Source of the DNA: Minisyncoccota bacterium
Lineage (GTDB): Bacteria; Patescibacteriota; Minisyncoccia; Phycocordibacterales; UBA918
Reading direction: 5' to 3'
NCBI GenBank assembly: GCA_022841645.1
Contig: JALHRC010000003.1
Span: 6,553-70,552 of the forward strand
DNA length: 64,000 nucleotides
Part shown: piece by piece, positions 1-9,312 of the stretch
Layout of the letters: each line of letters starts with the position of its first letter
How positions within the stretch are numbered: the first letter of the stretch is position 1
Made by a program: the position numbers and the translations under genes
The notes under the pieces: model-generated
The model's database searches: none
The model's input: the letters and a program-made list of their open reading frames with translations, nothing else
Told to the model about the DNA's origin: nothing

Positions 1-125
1 ACTCTCAGTAGTGAGTACCGTACTGCATCGACTTTAGCAATCAGGGCGTAGCGTAGTGACGCAGAGAACTCGCGTGAAAGAAGCCGTCTATTATTTCGTA
101 GTAAGCAGTATAATCCCTTCACCAC

Positions 126-650
126 ATGTCACTCACCTACTACGACGTTACCGTACCACTGTTTGTAAAGACGCTCGAAAATCTGAAGCACTTCTTTGAA
201 AAAGGAGCAGTTCACGCCAAGTCCGAGGGGCTAGCCGAGTCAACGTATCTCGCTTTGCAACTGGCGCCTGACATGTTCCCACTCTCTCGCCAGATTCAGA
301 TTTCTACCGATAACGCTAAGGGGGCAGTGGCACGCCTCTGCGGTGTTGAGCCACTGCGTATAGAAGACAAGGAGACGACGGTTGCCGAGCTCGTGGCGCG
401 TATCGATACGGTGATTTCTCATCTTAAAACCTTTACACCCGAACAACTACTTGGTGCTGCAGCATCCACCCCCACCCTACCTTATTTTCCGGGAAAGCAT
501 TTTAAAGGACACGATTATCTCATCGAGTACGCGCTGCCAAATTTCTTTTTTCATGTCAATATGGCCTACGCCATCATTCGCCACAGCGGCGTGCCGCTCG
601 GGAAGGTTGATTATGTGGGAGAGTTGACGCTTCACGACGAAGCGCATTAG
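126..650 (+). CDS. DUF1993 family protein
   Basis: 174 aa; N-terminal MSLTYYDVTVPLFVKTLENL pattern typical of DUF1993; TATAAT at 109-114 leaves a near-leaderless start. Confidence 0.55.
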   Translation: MSLTYYDVTVPLFVKTLENLKHFFEKGAVHAKSEGLAESTYLALQLAPDMFPLSRQIQISTDNAKGAVARLCGVEPLRIEDKETTVAELVARIDTVISHLKTFTPEQLLGAAASTPTLPYFPGKHFKGHDYLIEYALPNFFFHVNMAYAIIRHSGVPLGKVDYVGELTLHDEAH

Positions 651-668
651 AAGTCACGGCTCGATGGG

Positions 669-1583
669 GTGCGTTATACTGTAGGAGTTATCCTACTTCA
701 GATTTTTATGTCGACACGCACCCTTGTTTTGTTAGTAGGCTTCGCTGCTCTCTTCGGTGTACTGCTGCTTTTTGTTCTTTCCTCACAGCGTGACATCGCA
801 GATGTTGATGTGCGCCTCGACTCTCAGGGTATGCCTTCTGTTGCACACGCAGGTCTGGTAACAGAAGTGGTACGCGGCAACTTAGCAGCCGACGTGCCTG
901 CGAGCGTTCGTTTTGCAGGTAGTGATGGCGTGATGTATCAAGTTATTCTGCCGGGTATGGAACTCCCCAATTGCGCAAGCAGAGCGGCGCTCGCTCTCCC
1001 GACAGTTGTTTCGCCAGGTGATCGGGTAGAGGTGCGTGGCCAAAAAGGGGAAGACGGGGCCATTAGACCGTGTATGGACAAGGCAGATTATTTTCGCGTC
1101 ATTGGTACCGTCTCACAATCTGATGTCGGTATGGTGTTTGCTTACCGTAAAGGTCCACGAGGCTACCGCGATATGACGCCAGCGACGACACTTAGTAATC
1201 ACGAACACTTCGTACGCGGACTAGTATTAGTGTATGAAGATGACGCCGAGGTAGCTAACCGCGGCGGCGCACAGGAGGGTCCGCCAGCAATTACGGTGCG
1301 TTCTTACCGAAATCCCGAGCGATTATCCGCTGCGCTGTGGGCCGCCCAACATTCAGCTGAGTCAAATAGTAACCTCGTGCTGGGGAGTGCTACTGAAGCG
1401 GTAGTGGGTGGAGCGAACGCGGTCACCTACCGGGCAGACGGTTTGTATCCGTCAGTAGTGTATGTTGTTGCGCACGGCAGCTACGTACATGTATTCTCAG
1501 CTGCGTACCTCGATGAATCAGCGCCGCAGCCGGGTGATCTTGAAGCCATCCTCACGACCGTAACCTTTTTCCCTGAACGGTAA
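669..1583 (+). CDS. hypothetical membrane-anchored protein
   Basis: 304 aa ORF with N-terminal hydrophobic segment; no recognisable motif; true start may be internal (MSTRTL...). Confidence 0.35.
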   Translation: MRYTVGVILLQIFMSTRTLVLLVGFAALFGVLLLFVLSSQRDIADVDVRLDSQGMPSVAHAGLVTEVVRGNLAADVPASVRFAGSDGVMYQVILPGMELPNCASRAALALPTVVSPGDRVEVRGQKGEDGAIRPCMDKADYFRVIGTVSQSDVGMVFAYRKGPRGYRDMTPATTLSNHEHFVRGLVLVYEDDAEVANRGGAQEGPPAITVRSYRNPERLSAALWAAQHSAESNSNLVLGSATEAVVGGANAVTYRADGLYPSVVYVVAHGSYVHVFSAAYLDESAPQPGDLEAILTTVTFFPER

Positions 1584-1587
1584 CAGC

Positions 1588-2046
1588 ATGTCCCATTTTT
1601 CTCCTCCGTGTAAATTTGTTATCCGCTCACGTGCCATCATTGTGCACGAAGGGAAGCTCTTAGTGGTGCGACACGCGCACAACCCATCCTACGCTGCGCT
1701 ACCAGGCGGACACCTTGAACCTGGCGAAGGACCACAGGCTACCTTGATACGTGAAATTGAGGAGGAGCTTGGCGTAACGCCCACACTCGGTCGGCTTCTC
1801 TATGTCAACACCTTCACCACTACGGTGGATGGGGAGAAGGTACAGCCAGTAGAGTTTTTCTTTGCGGTTGAAAATGCCACAGACTTCCTTGATCTTAATG
1901 AGGCAGGGCAGAGTCATGGTCATGAGCTCGCTGCCACACAGTGGGTAGGGCCAGCGGAGGTTGGTCAGCTGCGGCCGGCACAAATTGCTACCGACTTTGC
2001 TGCCGGTGCACTGCTTTTGCCCGAGGTGCGTTTTATACAAAGCTAG
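1588..2046 (+). CDS. NUDIX hydrolase
   Basis: Nudix box GGHLEPGEGPQATLIREIEEELGV (GX5EX7REUXEEXGU). Confidence 0.75.
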   Translation: MSHFSPPCKFVIRSRAIIVHEGKLLVVRHAHNPSYAALPGGHLEPGEGPQATLIREIEEELGVTPTLGRLLYVNTFTTTVDGEKVQPVEFFFAVENATDFLDLNEAGQSHGHELAATQWVGPAEVGQLRPAQIATDFAAGALLLPEVRFIQS

Positions 2047-2642
2047 TACCCGGCTGATTGCCAGGTAGTAATAAACTCCAGTGGATAGATGAGGTTTATG
2101 ATATTGAGGAGAAGGCCATCGCGAATGGCATACATCACGAGTACTTCAAACACTATGATGATGAGTAGAGTTGCCCAATAGGGAAGGCGAGCGGCGAGAA
2201 AAAACCCACCGACCATCGCTAGGGTATCCGAAAGTGAATTGAGAATACTGTCGCCGGCATAGCCCGCCGCGAGCGCTTGCTGCCGGTAGTGGTCGATCAC
2301 CATCGGAGTGTTCTCGATAATCTCCCACGAGATCTCAAGAGCGACGGCCGTAAGGAGCCGCGCACTAAGTGAGCTGCGAGGCCATAGCCACGAAAAGAGG
2401 GCAAAGAAGAGGATGCCGTGGATGATATGAGACGGGGTGTACCAGTCGCTTACCTGCTGAGAATTTCCCGCACTGGCCACCTCGCCTTCCCACACTTTCA
2501 ACTCGCCACACTCACACAAAAAAGGTTGCCCAAAGGCGAGTAAGGCGGCGATCTGTACCGCCACCAGGCCGAGGGCAATCAGGAGAAGGTTTTTCTCACC
2601 TAGGGTGGGCAGAGTCATGTAATCATTATATGCTAGTGGCAC
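2043..2642 (-). CDS. integral membrane protein (possibly DUF2585/UPF0314-like)
   Basis: 199 aa, multiple TM segments, overlaps stop of upstream gene by 4 nt; family assignment from memory only. Confidence 0.35.
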   Translation of the reverse strand: MPLAYNDYMTLPTLGEKNLLLIALGLVAVQIAALLAFGQPFLCECGELKVWEGEVASAGNSQQVSDWYTPSHIIHGILFFALFSWLWPRSSLSARLLTAVALEISWEIIENTPMVIDHYRQQALAAGYAGDSILNSLSDTLAMVGGFFLAARLPYWATLLIIIVFEVLVMYAIRDGLLLNIINLIYPLEFITTWQSAGY

Positions 2643-2657
2643 TCCTCTATAGCGCCC

Positions 2658-3398
2658 ATGGAATACCTACCCGTTGTTACTCGTGTACTACAACCACCCA
2701 AGGACGACCTTTTGGCCGTTCTGGCGGCGTCGCTGCCACCGCTTCGTGAGCGCGACATTGTGGTGGTGAGCTCAAAGGTGGTCGCTATCGACGAGGGTCG
2801 GTGTGTTCCCAAGGCAGGTTTTGATAAAGCCGCTTTTTTGCGCGCCGAGGCCGAGCTCATCATCCCGCGTGACTATTGGTCAACCCCACTCACTGTTTCG
2901 CGACACGCGTTTGTGAGCGGTTGTGGCCTCGACGAAAGTAACGGGGATGGCTACCTCATACAATTACCGGTAGATGTTTTTGCCAGTGCCAAGCGACTGT
3001 ACGAGCACCTGCGGGAGCAGTCGGGGTGCGCTGAACTTGGTGTTGTCATTACTGATAGCGCGTCTGCGCCGTTTCGCTACGGCGCTCATGGTGTGGCACT
3101 TTCATGGTGGGGTTTTGAACCGTTGCAAAATCACATCGACCGAACTGACTTGTTCGGCCGTGAGATTCACTATGAACGTTCAAATCTAGTGGATGGATTG
3201 GCAGCCGGTGCGGTGGTGGTGATGGGAGAAGTAGACGAATGCACGCCGGTAGTGATCGTCCGTGGGGTGCCACGTGTGCTATTTACCGAGCGCGACACTC
3301 GCGATGAACTCCTGGCACCCTTTTCTGAGGACACCTTTAGAGTGCTGTATGAAAAGTGGCTACCAAAGGGTGCGGGGGAGTCTGACTTGCTATACTGA
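2658..3398 (+). CDS. CofE-like F420-0:gamma-glutamyl ligase family protein
   Basis: 246 aa; DIVVVSSKVVAIDEGR and DSASAPFRYGAHGVAL segments resemble CofE/FbiB N-domain. Confidence 0.55.
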   Translation: MEYLPVVTRVLQPPKDDLLAVLAASLPPLRERDIVVVSSKVVAIDEGRCVPKAGFDKAAFLRAEAELIIPRDYWSTPLTVSRHAFVSGCGLDESNGDGYLIQLPVDVFASAKRLYEHLREQSGCAELGVVITDSASAPFRYGAHGVALSWWGFEPLQNHIDRTDLFGREIHYERSNLVDGLAAGAVVVMGEVDECTPVVIVRGVPRVLFTERDTRDELLAPFSEDTFRVLYEKWLPKGAGESDLLY

Positions 3399-3403
3399 CG
3401 CAC

Positions 3404-4777
3404 ATGAAGCCATCCCCATCTCTACTAGCCGATTTTACTAAGGCTTTTAAGGAAGCTGACATTCGTGGTGTCTACCCCCGCGAGCTCGATGACGAGGTGG
3501 TGTATCTCATCGCCCGCGCGTTTGTTGAACGAGGTTCGTATAAAAAGGTAGTCGTTGGGCGCGACATGCGCCTCTCCTCGCCCGCCCTACGTGAAGCTTT
3601 TGTGCGCGGCGCGGTCGACGCTGGAGCTGGGGTGGTCGATATCGGCCTGTGCACCACACCCATGCTCTACTTCGCTTCGGCCACTCTGAAGCTTCCGGGT
3701 GTGATGATTACCGCCTCGCACAGTCCCAAGGATCACAATGGGCTCAAGCTCGTTGCCGCCGGTGCGGTGCCTTTGACTTCCAGAACTGGTCTAGACGCTA
3801 TTTTGAAATGTCTGCAGCACGGTCGTTTCCTCTCCGCCGCTCGTCGTCCGGGAAAGATTGTACATAAAGAAGTCGCGGCAGCGTTCGGTCGCTTTGTTTT
3901 AAAAAGTCACCGCACGCCTCCGGCCGCCACGCCACTACGTGTCGTCGTCGACTGCGGTAGTGGGATGGGAGCGCTGCTCCTGCCGCTGCTGCCGCGCCTC
4001 GGGCTTACGGTGACGCCGCTCTTTGCTGAACTCGATGGTACTTTTCCACATCGTGGGTCTAATCCGACGGTCCCTAAAAATCAGCAAGCTATCGTGGCTG
4101 AACTCAAAAAGGGTGGCTATGACTTTGGTATTGCTTTCGATGGCGACGCTGACCGCATTGCATTTTTTGACGAGACAGGTCATTACGTTAACTGTGGTGC
4201 TATTGGCGCGCTCATTGCTGAGCGTCTTCTCAGTACACACCCCAAAGCCACCTGCGTCGGTACGGTACTGACAAGCCGCGCCTACCGTGAAGCGGTGGTT
4301 GGCGCTGGTGGCCGCCACGCGCTTGCCAGGGTAGGGCATACCTATGTCAAAGAAGTAATGCACGCAAAAGATGCGGTATTTGGTTGCGAACACTCTGGTC
4401 ATTTTTTCTTTAAAGATTTTTTTTACACCGACTCAGTTGTGCTCACGCTGCGCTATGTTCTTGCGTCGTACCGCAGCCAGGGAGAGGGCTTCGCAAGCCT
4501 TCTTTCCCGCCATACGCACTACCACCAAACTGAAGATCTGATGGTTGCTGTGCGTGACGTGATAAAGGCAGAGCGCGGCATGGCGGAATATGCGTCGAGT
4601 GAAAACGCCCGACTAACAGTGCGGGATGGACTCACCCTCGATTATGGCGACGTGTGGGTGGTGATAAAACCATCAGTGACCGAGACGGCTCTCAACATCA
4701 TGGCGGAAGGGAAGGATAAGAAGCGTGCCATCACCCTTCGTGACCGGGCAGTTGCCAAGGCGCGTGCGCTCGCGTAA
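3404..4777 (+). CDS. phosphoglucomutase/phosphomannomutase (alpha-D-phosphohexomutase)
   Basis: active-site serine loop TASHSPKDHNGLK; metal-binding FDGDADR; 457 aa. Confidence 0.8.
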   Translation: MKPSPSLLADFTKAFKEADIRGVYPRELDDEVVYLIARAFVERGSYKKVVVGRDMRLSSPALREAFVRGAVDAGAGVVDIGLCTTPMLYFASATLKLPGVMITASHSPKDHNGLKLVAAGAVPLTSRTGLDAILKCLQHGRFLSAARRPGKIVHKEVAAAFGRFVLKSHRTPPAATPLRVVVDCGSGMGALLLPLLPRLGLTVTPLFAELDGTFPHRGSNPTVPKNQQAIVAELKKGGYDFGIAFDGDADRIAFFDETGHYVNCGAIGALIAERLLSTHPKATCVGTVLTSRAYREAVVGAGGRHALARVGHTYVKEVMHAKDAVFGCEHSGHFFFKDFFYTDSVVLTLRYVLASYRSQGEGFASLLSRHTHYHQTEDLMVAVRDVIKAERGMAEYASSENARLTVRDGLTLDYGDVWVVIKPSVTETALNIMAEGKDKKRAITLRDRAVAKARALA

Positions 4778-4793
4778 GGTGGTTTCATCATCT

Positions 4794-5618
4794 ATGAAAA
4801 AGAGCCAGGACGCTAAAGAGCGGCCGCACGGTGGCCGCCCCATAAGGAGTCGTGAGAAGCGGCCTGCTGCCCGAGTGGAGTATATTTTTGGTAAGCACGC
4901 CGTCCTCGAGGCGGCCACCGCACGGCCCGACGTTGTACGTGAACTCTACGTAGCGGCAGGCTTTAGTGACGGAGCGTATCTCGATAAACTCCTTGCGACA
5001 GGACTCCTGCCTCGCCCACTTAATGTAAAAAATCCGCCGCGGGGGGTCTCGAGTAATGCGCCTCATCAGGGAGTAGTAGCGGGCATTGCTCCGACAGCGC
5101 TCATGGTGTCATATCACGACTTTCTTGGAAGTCTCAAAGTAGACGAGCATACGGCACTCCTCCTCCTTGGTGAGGTGCAAGACCCCCACAATGTAGGAGC
5201 AGTTATCCGTAGCGCCGCCGCTTTTGGTTTTGCTGGCGTACTTATTCCACCGCATAACCAAGCGCCGGTTACGGGTACGGTAGTAAAGGTATCAGCTGGC
5301 ATGGCATTTCGGATTCCGCTCATTGCAATCGGTAACGTGAATACCACGGTGCGCGATCTTAAAGAGCGGGGCTTTTTCACCTATGGTCTTGAGGGCGGTA
5401 CCACCACTACAACAACTACGGAACAGTTTTCAAAACCATCATTGTTTCTCTTGGGCAATGAGGGGGAAGGTTTGCGCGAGAAAACTCGCCTTCTCTGCGA
5501 TACGCTAATAAGCATTCCCCTCCATCCGCGCTGCGAATCATTGAATGCTGCAGCAGCAGCAGCGGTTGTCATGGCGGCCTGGAGCGCCCAGCATCAAGCT
5601 GCCCTCGCGGTCGCCTAG
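4794..5618 (+). CDS. TrmH/SpoU-family RNA 2'-O-methyltransferase (RlmB-like)
   Basis: LLLGEVQDPHNVGAVIRSAAAFG, LFLLGNEGEGL and SLNAAAAAAVVM SPOUT motifs; ATG at 4794 preceded by AAGGTGG, chosen over ORF-track start 4725 which overlaps upstream gene. Confidence 0.75.
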   Translation: MKKSQDAKERPHGGRPIRSREKRPAARVEYIFGKHAVLEAATARPDVVRELYVAAGFSDGAYLDKLLATGLLPRPLNVKNPPRGVSSNAPHQGVVAGIAPTALMVSYHDFLGSLKVDEHTALLLLGEVQDPHNVGAVIRSAAAFGFAGVLIPPHNQAPVTGTVVKVSAGMAFRIPLIAIGNVNTTVRDLKERGFFTYGLEGGTTTTTTTEQFSKPSLFLLGNEGEGLREKTRLLCDTLISIPLHPRCESLNAAAAAAVVMAAWSAQHQAALAVA

Positions 5619-5701
5619 GCGAGTGTGGTACACTAGCGCCACGTTGTCGCAATGAGTGTATTTCTCAGAGTGAACGTTTTTTAACCAAGTAACATTTTCG
5701 T

Positions 5702-6493
5702 ATGGACGAATCGCAGTCATCACCACCCGCAGTTACAACTGCGCCAACTGGCACAAGCGCACCTTTGACTGCGCCTGGTCGCTCTGCGCGCACGACGCTC
5801 GTGTGGTATCTCTTTGCCGCTGTTGTTGTGGTACTTATTGGTATGGGATTGTGGTTCGTGCTTGAGCGCGACGGCCGTGTTTCCACCGGGGTATTTGATG
5901 CTCCCCTCGCACTTCTCAAGCAACGTCAGTCAGCGGCGGTGGTCAATGGAACATCCATCTCAGTGCATGATTTTGAATCGACCCTGCGTCAACTCACGAG
6001 TAACGTTTCGCAACAAGGCGTGGACGCGAGTGATCCAGCGGTAGCGGCCGATTTGCGCACCCAGGCACTTGATTCTTTAGTCAACACCGAAATCCTGCGC
6101 CAGAAGGCAGCGGCCGACGAAGTGGTGGTGACCGAGGAGGACATTGCTGCCCGCTACACCGATATTGAGACCGGTATTGGCGGTCCAGAAGCACTGGCTG
6201 CTCGCATGAGTGAACTTGGTGTTACCGATGCCATGCTGCGCCGTGATATCGAAAACGATATTTTGATCCAGGCGCACCTTGAGCGCATACTGGCCGACAC
6301 GACGGTAGTAGTTGAAGAAAGCGAAATCACCGCCTTCTACGAACAGGCTGTCGCCGGTAGTCCAGAAGCGCCGCCGCTTGAAGAGGTACGCGAGCAGGTA
6401 GAAGCGCAGCTGCGCTTTGAGAAGGAACAGTCGTTCGTGGCTGAGTATGTTGAGCGTCTCCGTGGCGAATCGTCGATTGAGCTTTTGATCTAG
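5702..6493 (+). CDS. SurA N-terminal-domain-like chaperone protein, membrane anchored
   Basis: 263 aa, N-terminal TM; helical SurA_N-like region without PPIase domain. Confidence 0.4.
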   Translation: MDESQSSPPAVTTAPTGTSAPLTAPGRSARTTLVWYLFAAVVVVLIGMGLWFVLERDGRVSTGVFDAPLALLKQRQSAAVVNGTSISVHDFESTLRQLTSNVSQQGVDASDPAVAADLRTQALDSLVNTEILRQKAAADEVVVTEEDIAARYTDIETGIGGPEALAARMSELGVTDAMLRRDIENDILIQAHLERILADTTVVVEESEITAFYEQAVAGSPEAPPLEEVREQVEAQLRFEKEQSFVAEYVERLRGESSIELLI

Positions 6494-6512
6494 CTACGTA
6501 CACAGAAGACAC

Positions 6513-6550
6513 ATCGGCGCGGCCCCGTACGGGGGCCGCGCCGATTTGTG
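6513..6550 (+). terminator. GC-rich hairpin terminator
   Basis: ATCGGCGCGGCCCC-GTAC-GGGGGCCGCGCCGAT followed by TTTGTG. Confidence 0.6.
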
Positions 6551-6600
6551 CGCAAGAGCGACCACTTCTCCTTCCGTCACTGTTATACTGAACGTCGAAT

Positions 6601-7854
6601 ATGCACGTTGATTTAGAAGAGAAGGCACGACAAATTACCTACAGCGCGGGGGAGCGCACGACCCTTTTTCGCGCGCTCACACTCTCGGAACAAAGTGTCG
6701 TCCTGGGGCAGCTGTCGCCACATGTGCAGCAATCATTGATCGAAAAGCTCAAGGATTACGAGTTGGTCGATATTCTCGATCACCTGGATTTACGTCAGGC
6801 CGAGAGTCTCGTCAGTAGAATCAAGAATGTGCGCCGGCGCGATCGCATCGTAGCCGCTCTCAAAGGAGCAGTGCGCGACAAGATTGACTACTTCCTGCGC
6901 TTTCACCCGAAGGCGACTGTCTCCCTGATTAATTTCAACTACCTCTTTCTTTCTGCGACGACCACTATTGGTGCCACAGCCGACGCCATCGACGAGCACT
7001 ACCAAGACACGGGGAAGTTCCCCGAGGTTTTGGTGCACGAGAAAGGCGTACTTATCGGTGACGTCTCTATGACCGACCTAGTACGCGAACGTAATACGCA
7101 AACGCTTAAGAAGTTTGTGCAACCAGTAGCCACCATCACCTATTTGGCTGAAGTGAGTGACATCATGAACGCCCTCTCCGCATCAAAAAAGAAAAAAGTG
7201 GTAGTACTCGATCATGACGATAGTGTGCTTGGTATCATCTACGCCGATGAAGCACTGGCCCTCTTTGGTAGTGCTATTGACCAGTCGCTCTATGACGTCG
7301 CGGGCGTTGACGACAGCGAGCGGCCATTTGATGGGGCACTAGTAAAATTTAGACGACGTTATCGTTGGCTCATTTTAAACCTCGCCACCTGCTTCTTGGC
7401 CGGCTCGGTCATCTACCTCTTTGAAGACACGGTCACGGCGCTTGTCATACTTACTATGTATATTCCGATTGTAGCTGGCATGGGTGGCAATGCCGCTGCG
7501 CAGACCTTTGCCGTTACTTTACGTGGCATTACGCTTGGAACAATATCACTAAAAAATTGCTGGGCAGCCGTGGGGAGAGAGACAGGTGCTGCGCTCTTAA
7601 ATGGTGTGGTGATTGGGTGTATCGTTGCGCTCATTTCGGTGGTCTGGAATGAAAGCGCACTGCTTGGACTCACCGTCGGTCTTACTATGGTGGGCGTGCA
7701 CCTCATCGCGGCGGTTGCGGGAGCGGTCATTCCACTCTTTCTCAGGTCGCTCGGGAAGGACCCAGCCGCGACGTCGTCAATTTTTATTACTACGGCGACT
7801 GACGTAGGCGGACTTCTTCTCCTCCTTAGTCTCGGTACGCTGCTTTTGATGTAG
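6601..7854 (+). CDS. mgtE: magnesium transporter MgtE
   Basis: CBS region plus MgtE membrane motif MGGNAAAQTFAVTLRGITLG; 417 aa. Confidence 0.85.
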   Translation: MHVDLEEKARQITYSAGERTTLFRALTLSEQSVVLGQLSPHVQQSLIEKLKDYELVDILDHLDLRQAESLVSRIKNVRRRDRIVAALKGAVRDKIDYFLRFHPKATVSLINFNYLFLSATTTIGATADAIDEHYQDTGKFPEVLVHEKGVLIGDVSMTDLVRERNTQTLKKFVQPVATITYLAEVSDIMNALSASKKKKVVVLDHDDSVLGIIYADEALALFGSAIDQSLYDVAGVDDSERPFDGALVKFRRRYRWLILNLATCFLAGSVIYLFEDTVTALVILTMYIPIVAGMGGNAAAQTFAVTLRGITLGTISLKNCWAAVGRETGAALLNGVVIGCIVALISVVWNESALLGLTVGLTMVGVHLIAAVAGAVIPLFLRSLGKDPAATSSIFITTATDVGGLLLLLSLGTLLLM

Positions 7855-7856
7855 TG

Positions 7857-8216
7857 CTACGAGCGGTGCGTGCTGCAGCGCCCGTGGAGCACCACCTCGA
7901 GATCGTCAACCCGAAAGCCCGGTAGACTGAATTCCTTGCGCAGCTCAGTGTCGTCGGTGGTGAAGTGCAGCACCTTGCCGCACTCGGTGCAGATCGCATG
8001 GTGATGGGGCTCTGCTTGTACCTCGTACACCGCCTCCTCGTCGGTGAGGGTGAATTTTTTCACTAGGCCAGCTTTTACCAAGTAATCGAGTACCCTGTAG
8101 ACCGTCACAAGATTAATAGATGGAAGGGCGGCGTGAACTTCGGCAGCACTACGAGTACCGCCACAGTGAGTGAGGTGGTCAAGAATTGTACGCCGGTGGG
8201 GGGTGAGATGGACCAT
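7857..8216 (-). CDS. zur: Fur-family metalloregulator, likely Zur
   Basis: 119 aa; HHHAICTECGKV metal site; divergent from ZIP transporter with two palindromic boxes in the shared intergenic region. Confidence 0.75.
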   Translation of the reverse strand: MVHLTPHRRTILDHLTHCGGTRSAAEVHAALPSINLVTVYRVLDYLVKAGLVKKFTLTDEEAVYEVQAEPHHHAICTECGKVLHFTTDDTELRKEFSLPGFRVDDLEVVLHGRCSTHRS

Positions 8217-8241
8217 GTGTACATAATACTAGCCTGCATGC

Positions 8242-8272
8242 CGCCTAAATGCAAATGACTTGCATTTAGGCG
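8242..8272. promoter_or_regulatory. Zur/Fur-box-like perfect palindrome 1
   Basis: CGCCTAAATGCAA-ATGAC-TTGCATTTAGGCG, 13-bp perfect arms. Confidence 0.6.
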
Positions 8273-8279
8273 GCGATTG

Positions 8280-8308
8280 CGTATAATGCAAATGATTTGC
8301 ATTATACG
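8280..8308. promoter_or_regulatory. Zur/Fur-box-like perfect palindrome 2 overlapping a TATAAT (8282-8287)
   Basis: CGTATAATGCAA-ATGAT-TTGCATTATACG, 12-bp perfect arms; core ATGCAAATGAnTTGCAT shared with box 1; 21 nt upstream of ZIP start. Confidence 0.6.
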
Positions 8309-8328
8309 AAATAACCGAAGAGTTTGTT

Positions 8329-9207
8329 ATGTTACTCGAAGTTTTGCTGGCAGCGCTTTTTATCATGGTGGCGTCGCTCGTGGGGGTTGTCTTTGTCACT
8401 AGCTTGGCGCAACAATTTTTAGAGCAGCGGCTGTCATTTTTGGTAGCCTTTTCAGCCGGAGTATTTTTAGTGACATCAGGTGCTCTGTCGCTTCACGTAT
8501 TTGAAATCTACGAAGGTACATTGTGGCTTGCTATCGGGCTTATTGTCGTAGGGTATGGTCTCGCCTGGATACTTGAAGTGCTCTTACCAGAAACTCATCA
8601 CCACCACGATCCGACGTGCGATCATGGTCACGGCAAGGGCGCGCGTAAGCTCATGGTCGGAGATGCCGTTCATAACATCGCTGACGGTATCATTTTGGTC
8701 CCAGCCTTTATGGTCTCACCGGCACTCGGCCTCGCGGTCACGGTATCGATTTTTATTCACGAAGCACTGCAAGAAGTCTCGGAGTTTTTTGTCCTTAAGC
8801 AAGCTGGTTACAGTACCAAGCGCGCCCTTGCGCTTAACTTTGCTATCTCCAGTACGATCCTCATCGGTGTGGGGCTTAGTTACCTAGCGCTCGCTTCACA
8901 CAACTTGGAAGGACTACTATTGGCACTTAGCGCCGGCTTTTTCCTCCACGTAGTACTGCATGACTTGTTGCCAAAACGCGGTCAGCATGAGACAGCGGGT
9001 GCTTTTCTTCGCCACGTTGTAGTAGTAGTGGTGGGGTTGCTTCTCATGGCGAGTGTCACCACCGCTCTTGGTGAGTCGCATGGTCACGGAGGTGAAGATC
9101 ATAGTGAGCACGCTGATGAGAGTGGGGTTGGTGACGTTCACCCCGACGATCACGATGATCATAGCGACCACGACGAGGAAGCGAACCACACAAACGACGA
9201 CCACTAG
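8329..9207 (+). CDS. zupT: ZIP family zinc transporter with His/Asp-rich C-terminal tail
   Basis: ZIP signature HNIADGIILVPAF, HEALQEVSEFFVL; HHHHDPTCDHGHG loop; C-terminal HGHGGEDHSEHADES...HDDHSDHDEE. Confidence 0.8.
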   Translation: MLLEVLLAALFIMVASLVGVVFVTSLAQQFLEQRLSFLVAFSAGVFLVTSGALSLHVFEIYEGTLWLAIGLIVVGYGLAWILEVLLPETHHHHDPTCDHGHGKGARKLMVGDAVHNIADGIILVPAFMVSPALGLAVTVSIFIHEALQEVSEFFVLKQAGYSTKRALALNFAISSTILIGVGLSYLALASHNLEGLLLALSAGFFLHVVLHDLLPKRGQHETAGAFLRHVVVVVVGLLLMASVTTALGESHGHGGEDHSEHADESGVGDVHPDDHDDHSDHDEEANHTNDDH

Positions 9208-9312
9208 AGGTCGCTGCTGAGTGATGAAAATAGTGCTCTCGTGCTTGTGATCCTGAGCTCATAGATGAGCTTTGTAGTATACTGCTGGTATTATCCCTTA
9301 CCACGTTCACCT

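Noticed and set aside
1-125. Possible inverted degenerate copy of the repeat family at the window start (reverse complement GTCACTACGCTACGCC at 44-59)
   Set aside because: Only the short CGCTACGC block matches convincingly. The element would be truncated by the window edge, so the evidence is too weak to call.
6494-6600. Mg-sensing M-box riboswitch upstream of mgtE
   Set aside because: Only about 100 nt are available, and they are mostly occupied by a terminator hairpin for the upstream gene. No M-box conserved helices are present.
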